DNA of 48,533 bases, taken from positions 1-48,533 of the IMG/VR virus record IMGVR_UViG_3300036778_000214. One strand, written 5' to 3'. The notes beneath the pieces were generated by a model. The model did not search any database, was not told the DNA's origin, and saw nothing but the letters and a program-made list of their open reading frames with translations. Numbering within the stretch: the stretch's first letter is position 1; every line of letters begins with the position of its first letter. Positions 1 to 7,977 of the stretch are shown piece by piece. The stretch is from a virus (lineage: Duplodnaviria; Caudoviricetes). A program made the position numbers and the translations under genes.

Positions 1-111
1 GCAAAACTCCGAAGAGAAAATATGGCAATTCGATTGTAAGCCTCGCCAGTTCTGGCTTTTAGAAACAGTCCGCGTCCATTTTTCTATAACAGATCACACT
101 TCAAAAAATCC

Positions 112-145
112 TTCCCCAAAATCCCCCCAAAACTTTTCCCCAAAA
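112..145 (+). repeat. Three direct repeats of (T/C)(T/C)CCCCAAAA, probable integrase arm-type binding sites of the att region
   Basis: ttccccaaaa 112-121, ccccccaaaa 123-132 and ttccccaaaa 136-145, immediately beyond the int stop codon. Confidence 0.6.
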
Positions 146-155
146 CTGTCGAAAA

Positions 156-1298
156 TTAAATCGCAATATAGGTCCATCTGTTATCGCGCTCGTCGTGATA
201 CATCTCTGTCATTTCCGCCGTTTTATGGCCCAGCAGCGCCTGGGTATTTATGCCCTGATCGTGATAAAGCCGTTCGGCGAGAGAACGCTGCTCGTGGAAA
301 GAGCAGGGTGTTTTGTCTTTCGGTGTGATGATGCCAGCGAGCGCCCGGCAATCCTTAAACATTTTGCTCGCAGTAGCTTTGTTGATCTGTGCGCCCGGAA
401 TCGCTTTACCTGTCCTGACCGTATGATGAATTAGCCAGGGACTGAGCACTTTGTCACGGCACAGTGAAATAGCTTCATCCAGCGTCATGCCGATAGCATC
501 ACAACGCAACGCAGTCGGTATGGCAACCCTGTTCCCTGTTTTGCCTTGTTCGACGTGAAGATAGCCATCCTTGATGTCCTTGAACTGGATCTTCAGCAGG
601 TCAGATAGACGTTGCCCGGTGAGCAATGCCAGACGCAATGCGTTAGCGGCCCAGGGGTTATGGGTTTGGCTGGCGACCCCCAGAATTCTTTTCCAGTCTT
701 CTACCTGCAACCGAGCGCGGGTGACAGAAATTTCGGGTTTTCTCGTCGAAAGTGCAGGATTGAAGCCGGGTGGAACCTCACCTGCGAACTGAGCTTCTTT
801 AAATAGATCTACCCAGCTTGATCTCACATGTTTCGCCATGCTGTTTTTCCCCTCATCAATATACTCTTCGAGAATTGCTGCCATTTCGCGTGATCCGACA
901 CTTGCGAGCGGAGTGTTGCCAATGCGAGAGTCGAGAAGATTTGCAGCAAATCTCCTTTCATCGACGCTGGATTTAGACAATTTTCCTTTAGCATGTCGTT
1001 TTTCCAGCAATTCGATATATTTCTCCACCCATTCTTTCAATCTAATGACAATTGCCGTGTGCGGATCCTGCTTCTGTTTCGCTAGATTTATGAGAGCGAA
1101 GCTCTGCTCAATCAACTGTTCGGAAAAAAGCCTATTCAACTCAATGGCAGCCGCCCGCGCAGCGGCTTCGTCAGTACCGAAACTTTGCCATGATCGCGAC
1201 AGAGGATCTTTGTATTGCCAGTACACTTTGTTATTGCGTTTATCGAGCTTCACATAAAGATTCTCGACATCAATGTTATGTTTGCGGGGTGCGCCCAT
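156..1298 (-). CDS. int: Lambda-family tyrosine integrase with N-terminal arm-binding domain
   Basis: 380 aa; catalytic R (TGQRLSD), HxxR (FHEQRSL), H (LLGH) and Y (TEMYHD); lambda-type N-terminus (NLYVKLDKR..YWQYKDP). Confidence 0.97.
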   Translation of the reverse strand: MGAPRKHNIDVENLYVKLDKRNNKVYWQYKDPLSRSWQSFGTDEAAARAAAIELNRLFSEQLIEQSFALINLAKQKQDPHTAIVIRLKEWVEKYIELLEKRHAKGKLSKSSVDERRFAANLLDSRIGNTPLASVGSREMAAILEEYIDEGKNSMAKHVRSSWVDLFKEAQFAGEVPPGFNPALSTRKPEISVTRARLQVEDWKRILGVASQTHNPWAANALRLALLTGQRLSDLLKIQFKDIKDGYLHVEQGKTGNRVAIPTALRCDAIGMTLDEAISLCRDKVLSPWLIHHTVRTGKAIPGAQINKATASKMFKDCRALAGIITPKDKTPCSFHEQRSLAERLYHDQGINTQALLGHKTAEMTEMYHDERDNRWTYIAI

Positions 1299-1542
1299 TT
1301 CTTACTCTCTCGACAAGTAATTTTGCAGAATCGGTTAGCGAGGATGAAATTTTTAACTTCCCGACGGTACCGATAAATACCGAGTCTTCATCGACAACCC
1401 ATTTCCTCCCATCTTTTCTGGCTGGCGGAGATATTTGCCCGGTTTTAGCCAGATGATTTAGTCGTTCCTGAGATTGCGGGTAATCGAACCCGTTCGGGCC
1501 GACGGCCCAATCTTCAATGAGTACGGTTTTGGTCATGGTCAT
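1276..1542 (-). CDS. xis: Excisionase
   Basis: 88 aa overlapping the int start; Xis-like pattern LIEDWA...GQISPPARKDGRKWVVDED. Confidence 0.88.
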   Translation of the reverse strand: MTMTKTVLIEDWAVGPNGFDYPQSQERLNHLAKTGQISPPARKDGRKWVVDEDSVFIGTVGKLKISSSLTDSAKLLVERVRNGRTPQT

Positions 1543-1556
1543 GTCTCTTCACTACA

Positions 1557-1591
1557 TGACCGCCGCAAACTATACGTGCCTGTGGCGGTCA
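1557..1591. promoter_or_regulatory. Stem-loop upstream of xis
   Basis: tgaccgccgca ... tgtggcggtca inverted repeat in the intergenic gap. Confidence 0.45.
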
Positions 1592-1615
1592 GGGGTTGAA
1601 CATCAATAATCAGGT

Positions 1616-2032
1616 TTAGAAATCAAGTGTTTGCTGTCCACCTCCTTGCTCCAGTTTCAACATCTTCTGGTGCGCGTTCTGGTAGCTGGCCCAATGCCCG
1701 ACTCGTATGATTTCGGCTTGGTCTGCACTGAGGCAGGGTTCCGGGGTGGCTGAGTTCTTGCGGTGTTCGGCGATGCGGATACGCTGGCCTGCTACATGCA
1801 GGCGCTGGCAGATAGGGCAGTAGTCGCGAGTGTCGGCGTAGCCAGCTTTTCCACTGAAGAAAATATTGCCGTGCCAGGTAGCACAGTTGCGGCACATTGG
1901 AGCATCACATGTAAACATACCCCTGCATTTTTGCATTCGACCGTTGTCATCTTCATCAGCGTCCCAGCCGATCAGGCCATCACAAAGCAAAGTCGCCGGT
2001 TCGCCGCAGAACATGCAGGAGGCTTTTTTCAT
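1616..2032 (-). CDS. Cys-rich hypothetical phage protein (probable Zn-binding)
   Basis: 138 aa with CxxC pairs (CMFC, CRNC, CPIC); start overlaps the upstream stop. Confidence 0.7.
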   Translation of the reverse strand: MKKASCMFCGEPATLLCDGLIGWDADEDDNGRMQKCRGMFTCDAPMCRNCATWHGNIFFSGKAGYADTRDYCPICQRLHVAGQRIRIAEHRKNSATPEPCLSADQAEIIRVGHWASYQNAHQKMLKLEQGGGQQTLDF

Positions 2033-2694
2033 AATAAGAATTCTCTCGTTTTTTCTCCTTTCGGATCGGTCCAGCCTAGTTCCTTGAGATGTCGGCGCAG
2101 GCGGTAAATTTCCATGCTGTCAGAACGTTTCTGCTTCTCCAGATCCATGACTTTTTGCGCCTGCTGCTGGTTTAACCGTAGATAGCCTCGCTGTTCCTGA
2201 AGTAACGCGTCAGGGTCACCGACGCGGTGAACCATGTAGGCAAGTAGCCCGCGCTCAACTTCCATGTCTGTATCGTGTCGCCAGAAATTAGCAAGTGGGC
2301 GATTCCCACCCCAGCTATTGCCGACCAGGCAGCAAATATGGCCTGCCATTAGCTTCACGTGACCGCGTTTATTAACCCATAACAAACCCCAGCGGTTCGG
2401 TAGATCGCCTAAATTGATCACGCCTTCAGGACAGATGAAATAGCGGTAATCACCCATGCCACCAGTCTGACGATGTGGTTTTTTACGATCAGCGAGGAAA
2501 TCGGATCGGCTGGTCTTTGACTCGACCAATACGCTGTATCCGTTCCAGCCCCAGCGGTAACCCCATGCGTCAGCCCTTTCCCCATCGCCAACGGCCCCCA
2601 CCTCCACGAAAGCCACTTTACAGCCGGGACCTTTCCCGCTTTCTGCACGTAATAACCAGCGCTTGGCTATGTCGTTTAAATCGGAATGTGTCAT
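2029..2694 (-). CDS. MmcB-like PD-(D/E)XK nuclease-fold protein
   Basis: RADAWG...VLVESKTSRSDFLAD..K...GDYRYFICPEG pattern; ATG at 2694 overlaps the upstream stop (ATGA). Confidence 0.65.
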   Translation of the reverse strand: MTHSDLNDIAKRWLLRAESGKGPGCKVAFVEVGAVGDGERADAWGYRWGWNGYSVLVESKTSRSDFLADRKKPHRQTGGMGDYRYFICPEGVINLGDLPNRWGLLWVNKRGHVKLMAGHICCLVGNSWGGNRPLANFWRHDTDMEVERGLLAYMVHRVGDPDALLQEQRGYLRLNQQQAQKVMDLEKQKRSDSMEIYRLRRHLKELGWTDPKGEKTREFLL

Positions 2695-3101
2695 TTCGGC
2701 TCCCAGATCATAGGATCGCCGCAGTGCGCACAACGGGGCATTTCGCCCGGTTTATCGGAAATTCGGTAGGCGTGGCTGATACAACGACAATTTTCGCTCG
2801 TTCCTACATCACGCGGGCGTCCTTGATACCAGATTTTCAGCTCGAGTTTTTCAGCCAGCGCGTTCTCTGCCCTGGCTCCCGCTGACAGATCCCATCCAGA
2901 CAGCATGTAAACAGCATCAGCGGCGCGAAGCATGGCGCAACAAATGTCCATGTATTGCGCCTGAGTCAGGCCGCTTGGGAGAAATGCTGGATTCAGTACA
3001 ACGTGGCCCTCATCCAGTAGCTGAGATTCAACGTTGTAAAACGCCTGACGGTTGAAGTTTGGCAGTCCGGTCATCGGTCCCGCGATATAAACTCGTGACA
3101 T
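2691..3101 (-). CDS. DUF4406 (nucleoside deoxyribosyltransferase-like fold) protein
   Basis: MSRVYIAGPMTGLPNFN...LNPA...DAVYMLSGWDLSAGARAE signature; start trimmed to the ATG at 3101. Confidence 0.85.
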   Translation of the reverse strand: MSRVYIAGPMTGLPNFNRQAFYNVESQLLDEGHVVLNPAFLPSGLTQAQYMDICCAMLRAADAVYMLSGWDLSAGARAENALAEKLELKIWYQGRPRDVGTSENCRCISHAYRISDKPGEMPRCAHCGDPMIWEPK

Positions 3102-3111
3102 TACGCTTCCT

Positions 3112-3933
3112 CTATTTGTGTAACGCAGCGGAGTTGATCCAGAGACATTCAGTGCGTGGTACGGCACCAGCCTGCCCACATGCTGCAACAGTCCGGGTCG
3201 TTTTCTTCCAGCTCGAGAGTCGGTCGTTGTATAACTCGCTGTCGTAGCCGCAAAGCACTACTTTTCCATCAAGTCCTTCCAGCGCATCGAGAAGGTCAAT
3301 ATGTTGAGCGTCAGTCATCTCAAAGCGGTACGCATTGTTTTTTGCGACGCTGACTCGTGTACCATGAACATAGGGAGGGTCAACAAAATGCAGTGTTGTT
3401 GGAGTATCGTGATCCTGCATGCATTTGATCGCGTCGCGATTCTCTACAAGCACACCAGAAAATCGGCTGGCCACAGCTGCGAGGTTATCGGGTTGGCGGG
3501 CCCAGATAGCTTGCGCGGTTGCACTATTCCTGCGGGTATCAAGCCTAAATCCAGTACATCCCTTTGTAGCTCCCGCAGAACCGAAGCCCATAGTTGCCCG
3601 AACAATCAGGCGACGAGCTAGTTCTACCGGGTTATCCGTCGGTTCATACGCACATCGGAATTCGTCGCGTGAATATGGCGTGAGGGCGCATGCATCAATA
3701 AGTCTTTGACTTTGAGATGGATCCCGCAGCACACGGAAAAGGTTCACCACGTCACCGTCGAGATCGTTATAAACCTCGGCCTCACTTTGTTCTTTTCTCA
3801 GGAGCACAGATGCCGCACCACCGAATGGTTCGACGTAGCAGCGGTGCGCCGGAAAGTGACTGATGATCCACGATGCCAGTCGGAATTTTCCGCCGTGGTA
3901 GCGGATTGCGGGGTGTTTGATTGTGTTCATCAC
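3112..3933 (-). CDS. dam: DNA adenine methyltransferase (D12/Dam class)
   Basis: YHGGKFRLA, YVEPFGGAASV, YNDLD and DPPY motifs. Confidence 0.93.
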   Translation of the reverse strand: MMNTIKHPAIRYHGGKFRLASWIISHFPAHRCYVEPFGGAASVLLRKEQSEAEVYNDLDGDVVNLFRVLRDPSQSQRLIDACALTPYSRDEFRCAYEPTDNPVELARRLIVRATMGFGSAGATKGCTGFRLDTRRNSATAQAIWARQPDNLAAVASRFSGVLVENRDAIKCMQDHDTPTTLHFVDPPYVHGTRVSVAKNNAYRFEMTDAQHIDLLDALEGLDGKVVLCGYDSELYNDRLSSWKKTTRTVAACGQAGAVPRTECLWINSAALHK

Positions 3934-4121
3934 GCACCAGCCTTAACGCACTTGAAGTGTTTGAGGATGACTTTTTCTTCAATAGATTTTCCTGCCTCGG
4001 TTCGCCCGGTAAGCATCTTCTCGCATTCGGTGATGGTCAGTTTTTTATCGGAAAAGCGTATCCAGTTGGTCGGTGCGTTCCCGGCTTTGATAGCAGTGGC
4101 GGTTATTTTGTACATGGTCAT
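3930..4121 (-). CDS. DUF1187-family small protein
   Basis: MYKITATAIKAGNAPTNWIRFSDKKLTITECEKML pattern. Confidence 0.7.
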   Translation of the reverse strand: MTMYKITATAIKAGNAPTNWIRFSDKKLTITECEKMLTGRTEAGKSIEEKVILKHFKCVKAGA

Positions 4122-4152
4122 GTCTCGTTACGCCCTTGATGGGGCGCCTCTG

Positions 4153-4632
4153 TTATTTTGAATGAGTTTTGATGTGCAGCCGTGGCTCTCCGTCTTTTGG
4201 TTCAGGCCATTCACGCGCCATGTTCACTTTCAGCTTTTCTTCCATCGCTGCTGTGATTTCGCCGTCACAAATACCGGCACGGCGCTGGGCATCCCACAGC
4301 AGGAATTGCATGTCTGCCCATTCACTCAGGTCGTCTGGTTTAGCGGCGGCTTCCAGTGCTTCTTTCGACAGATGCTTAAGAGGGCCAATGGGACCAACAT
4401 TGCCAAATGTTTTATCTGACCATTCGGCGTGACGTTGGCGAATCAGATTTCGAAGTTGCAATAGTGACCCCGTTTCTTGTGGTTGAGCATATGCCGGCGC
4501 TGCGAACTCCATCGCCTCTACGAACAGGCACTGAATCTTTGCCTGTAACTGTGCGTAATGCATCGGTGTTTCAATCATTCCCATTACCTGTCGTGATAGC
4601 GCAAGGGCTTTAGTGTCGTGAATGTTGCTCAT
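4153..4632 (-). CDS. DUF550 dATP/dGTP pyrophosphohydrolase-like (MazG-fold) protein
   Basis: WSDKTFGNVGPIGPLKHLSKEALEAA...EWADMQFLLWDA...KLKVNMAREWP signature. Confidence 0.85.
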   Translation of the reverse strand: MSNIHDTKALALSRQVMGMIETPMHYAQLQAKIQCLFVEAMEFAAPAYAQPQETGSLLQLRNLIRQRHAEWSDKTFGNVGPIGPLKHLSKEALEAAAKPDDLSEWADMQFLLWDAQRRAGICDGEITAAMEEKLKVNMAREWPEPKDGEPRLHIKTHSK

Positions 4633-5039
4633 GATTTACCTCCGTTGAGCATGGCGGCGCGGCAGGCGTTCCAGGTGGCAAACTGACCATCCATTGCTTC
4701 ATCGAAATACCCGCCGTCACAGCGCTGATACTCCCAACTTTCAAGCGGTTGACCGTTTTCCCGCTCCCACCACTGCTCGAATGACTGGTAATCAGGATTC
4801 GTCTCCCCACTCGCCGACATCCGGTATTGCTCCAGCTCTGCACGCCCTGCACGAACCATGTCGATTAGAACGCGGACGGTACGTGACAAGCCACCCGCTT
4901 CATCTGTTTTACAAAGCAGGTCAAAGCACGCCGCATCTACATTTGCTCTTTCGAAACATTCAGCAGAAACAGCCTCTTCGTATATTTCCTGCATCAGCTC
5001 GTCCGTTAGGTTGTTATTGGTCATCATTGAGTTGCTCAC
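4629..5039 (-). CDS. Hypothetical phage early protein (Eaa-like accessory)
   Basis: Coupled ORF ending WNACRAAMLNGGKS, typical of lambdoid ea genes; GTG start overlaps the upstream stop. Confidence 0.6.
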   Translation of the reverse strand: MSNSMMTNNNLTDELMQEIYEEAVSAECFERANVDAACFDLLCKTDEAGGLSRTVRVLIDMVRAGRAELEQYRMSASGETNPDYQSFEQWWERENGQPLESWEYQRCDGGYFDEAMDGQFATWNACRAAMLNGGKS

Positions 5040-5575
5040 GCCTTTTCCTCCCGCAGCTGCTCTTTCCAATCATTCAACGCCTGTTCAGCATATTCACCAG
5101 ATAACCCATCCGCAGCAGTTAGCGAGCCATTCGTTAAATCGGTTTTAGCATCCAAAATCATGCGCACCACGTCGCCAACCGCCGCCAGCGGCTTATCGAC
5201 AAATCCGTGATTGAAAGCTGCTGCAAGGCGGCTGGCAGCAAAATTAATACCCTGAATGCGGCCTTTATCTGTCACATCTGCGATAAAGCGAGCCGCTACC
5301 GTGCTTGGATCTGTCATATCGAGGTCGAACACCTCTGGCAGAACCTCATCCCATCCGGCTATTGTGCCGTTCTGGTGCCAGCCGATAATGCCGTCGGACT
5401 GTCCAGCAACAGCGCGAACGGCCTCGATCACTTCGCGTTGGGCCAGGTTCTCAATGGTCAGCGCCCGTATCTGCTGGCGCAGGCCATCACCGCAGTTGTG
5501 AGTCCCGCTTTTGCCGCGCAGCCACGAGTAGCCGCAGTCGCAGCGGAAGGTGTCATTAATTTCGGATACGTTCAC
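5036..5575 (-). CDS. Hypothetical phage early protein (Ead/Ea22-like region)
   Basis: GINFAASRLAAAFNHGFVDKP...DGLSGEYAEQAL segment common in enterobacterial prophages; GTG start overlaps the upstream stop. Confidence 0.65.
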   Translation of the reverse strand: MNVSEINDTFRCDCGYSWLRGKSGTHNCGDGLRQQIRALTIENLAQREVIEAVRAVAGQSDGIIGWHQNGTIAGWDEVLPEVFDLDMTDPSTVAARFIADVTDKGRIQGINFAASRLAAAFNHGFVDKPLAAVGDVVRMILDAKTDLTNGSLTAADGLSGEYAEQALNDWKEQLREEKA

Positions 5576-5952
5576 TTTGCATCTCCTTTGCTCTTGATTA
5601 ATTCGAACGGGATGTCGATCTCGTCGCCGGCCATTGCGGCAATAGCACGACAAATGGCTGTAAGTGGATTTTCTGCTATCCAGCCACGGCGTTTACGTGG
5701 TTCAACCAATTCGTAAACGGCAACCCAGTGAATAACTTTTGCTGTTTCTGGATCCATAGACTGATAACAACTGACGGAATGCCGTTCCATCAACGGGCCA
5801 CATACGCGCCAGCTTGATGACGGATGAAACGCGTCACCCGAAGTCCTAATAAGTGACAACTGCTCGCTGTACTTATTGCCATTCGCTGCGCGGTCTACCG
5901 CGTAATCCAGCGCCGACCCGGTAAGATCCGTCACTTTCATGCGTTTTTTCAT
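5572..5952 (-). CDS. NinX/DUF2591-like protein
   Basis: MKVTDLTGSALDYAV...FHPSSSW..CGPLMERH...NPLTAICRA pattern. Confidence 0.75.
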   Translation of the reverse strand: MKKRMKVTDLTGSALDYAVDRAANGNKYSEQLSLIRTSGDAFHPSSSWRVCGPLMERHSVSCYQSMDPETAKVIHWVAVYELVEPRKRRGWIAENPLTAICRAIAAMAGDEIDIPFELIKSKGDAK

Positions 5953-6281
5953 CTCATCGCTCCTGTAACCGTAATCACCCGGCGGTAGACCTCGCTTTGT
6001 GCCAGAGGCGGCAGGGCAATCACTTGCGGTTTTGGTGAGTAGCTGAAGCGTTGCAGATCGAAGTCGATTGTGGCCCGGAGGTCGCGGAACAATCCGCACC
6101 TGCCGTGACGAACGACTTCGCCAGTTTCCTCGGCTTCTCTGAAATATTTCTCAGTGGTCGAGCGATGTAGGCCGAGTATTTTTGACGCTTCCTTTACTGT
6201 TAGTCGTCCACAGCGCCGGGTTATGCTGATGATCAGCTTTACGGACGCTGCTTTTGCGGCAGAAGATAAACGCTTAGGCAT
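5949..6281 (-). CDS. DUF977-family HTH protein
   Basis: GRLTVKEASKILGLHRSTTEKYF...GLF...IDFDLQRF; start at the ATG at 6281 after GGGGTGAG. Confidence 0.7.
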   Translation of the reverse strand: MPKRLSSAAKAASVKLIISITRRCGRLTVKEASKILGLHRSTTEKYFREAEETGEVVRHGRCGLFRDLRATIDFDLQRFSYSPKPQVIALPPLAQSEVYRRVITVTGAMR

Positions 6282-6283
6282 AC

Positions 6284-6370
6284 TCACCCCCATATCAGCC
6301 AGATAACGATGATCCAGAAAAGCGCACATGATATGAAAACAGCCAGCCATGCCTTGCGCTTAGCACTCAT
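6284..6370 (-). CDS. 28-aa YmiA-like single-pass membrane peptide (not in ORF track)
   Basis: Translated by hand as MSAKRKAWLAVFISCALFWIIVIWLIWG*; fills the gap between the PerC-like and DUF977 genes. Confidence 0.7.
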   Translation of the reverse strand: MSAKRKAWLAVFISCALFWIIVIWLIWG

Positions 6371-6372
6371 TT

Positions 6373-6825
6373 TCATCGCATGCTCTCCTGGCGTTGTTGT
6401 TTTGCAGTCAACAGACATTTTTTGCGGAACATGATGATGCGGCGGGCCTCGCCTTCACTTTTGGCTAGCGCTAACAGCTCGGCGAGTACGGTAGCGGCTC
6501 GCCGGGGAAGTCCGCGTTCGAGCAGGGCGCTGGCTTTGGCCTCACCCGCAGCGATTTTTGAATCCCCGGCATGTAGCTCTGGGACGTATTGCGCTTCGAC
6601 ATAGATGCCGGGACACACCATGTAGACATACTGACGACCATGTTTTTCTCTGGACAAAATCCCGTCATTAACGAGGGTGGTCAGGTGTAAGTGCGCCAGA
6701 CTGGTGTCAATGATCAGTTTTTCGCAAATCTCACTGGCCGTACTGTCCTGGTTGCTTTTAACAAAACCGACGATTAAATTTCTGACGTTTCGTTTTTCTG
6801 TAGTTGTATTCATCGCGTTAATCAC
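6373..6825 (-). CDS. wHTH + PerC-family transcriptional activator
   Basis: N-terminal winged helix; C-terminal ALLERGLPRRAATVLAELL...RKKCL PerC-like motif. Confidence 0.75.
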   Translation of the reverse strand: MINAMNTTTEKRNVRNLIVGFVKSNQDSTASEICEKLIIDTSLAHLHLTTLVNDGILSREKHGRQYVYMVCPGIYVEAQYVPELHAGDSKIAAGEAKASALLERGLPRRAATVLAELLALAKSEGEARRIIMFRKKCLLTAKQQRQESMR

Positions 6826-6856
6826 TGGCGACCGGAGGGCCGCCAGCCTCCAGTAG

Positions 6857-7966
6857 TTATGCGCCGATGTATTCCGGCTTCATGTCATTCAGGGTCACGG
6901 TGTATCCGTCGAAGAGATCACCCAAGTGCTGTTTCATAGCGTTCAGCGCATTTTCCAATGCATTGAATTTTTCAGCGGCTTCTGGTTCGTCCGGATTAGG
7001 CAGTTCGTTGATCATCTTCTCGATGCGGGTTACAGCGTTGAAGCGATGGTGACGACCGACAACCTTGTTCTTCAATTCGGTGTACAGGTCGATGTTAATT
7101 ATGTTTTTCTGGCTTTCGATAACCTTGCGAAGTTCAGTAGTGTCTTCTGTGCTTCCTGCATCATCGATGCGCTGGCGGAAATCTATGACCCAAAAATCCA
7201 TGTCATCCGTGTTGGGAGTATCTTCAGCAACATCGATTACTGAATGGTCGTTAAGCGACTGGATATCAACTCGCTCAGTTGAAGGCGTTGGGTTGATCTC
7301 TTTTTCTAGGTGTCCCTCAAGTTCCTCCTTGGTGTAAACACCGAGAATCACATCAGGCGTATACAGCCGCGCCCAATACTTAAGGGCCAGATAAGCGATC
7401 TGCTGCTTAGGGTTGGAGATCCACAATGGAGAGTTGCGAATCACAACACTCGAAAGGTAAACAGGTTCACCCCATGTAACCTGCTTCTCACCGCGTAGCA
7501 TCGCGCCTACCTTGACGAACACACCCATTTCATCGGCATCAGTCCAGCCGCGCACGCGCTCAGTTGTGGTGTAATCACCTTTGCTGCCTTTTTTCTTAAC
7601 GGTGATCTCTCTGGAACTGGCGCACTTGGACCAGTCACCACCGTATTCGTAATGGAAGCGTCCGGTTACAGCATCTGAGCTTGAGATTACCGCATTCACT
7701 AACTGCGCTTCATAGCCGAGCTTTCCGCTGACCAGATGCGTTTTCTGCGCGACCGCGTAAGGGTTCATTCCCCATTGCATCGCCTGCATAACGATAGCCA
7801 TGCAATCTGCTGGCTTTCCGGCCAGGTGATCCGGTACCGAGACGCGGGAGTCGGCCATCAGGTTTGCGAATGCCGTTAACTGATTGAGCATTGGCACATT
7901 AAAAATGGCACTGCTGGCTGAGATAGTGGCCGGTGCCTGATTCTGATTTTCTGGTAAATTTGTCAT
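6857..7966 (-). CDS. recT: RecT-family ssDNA annealing protein
   Basis: VPDHLAGKPADCMAIVMQAMQWGMNPYAVAQKTH...WARLYTPDVILGVY. Confidence 0.93.
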   Translation of the reverse strand: MTNLPENQNQAPATISASSAIFNVPMLNQLTAFANLMADSRVSVPDHLAGKPADCMAIVMQAMQWGMNPYAVAQKTHLVSGKLGYEAQLVNAVISSSDAVTGRFHYEYGGDWSKCASSREITVKKKGSKGDYTTTERVRGWTDADEMGVFVKVGAMLRGEKQVTWGEPVYLSSVVIRNSPLWISNPKQQIAYLALKYWARLYTPDVILGVYTKEELEGHLEKEINPTPSTERVDIQSLNDHSVIDVAEDTPNTDDMDFWVIDFRQRIDDAGSTEDTTELRKVIESQKNIINIDLYTELKNKVVGRHHRFNAVTRIEKMINELPNPDEPEAAEKFNALENALNAMKQHLGDLFDGYTVTLNDMKPEYIGA

Positions 7967-7977
7967 TATCGGTCTCC

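Noticed and set aside
1-110. att core sequence
   Set aside because: The partner att site is outside the window, so no direct repeat can be confirmed
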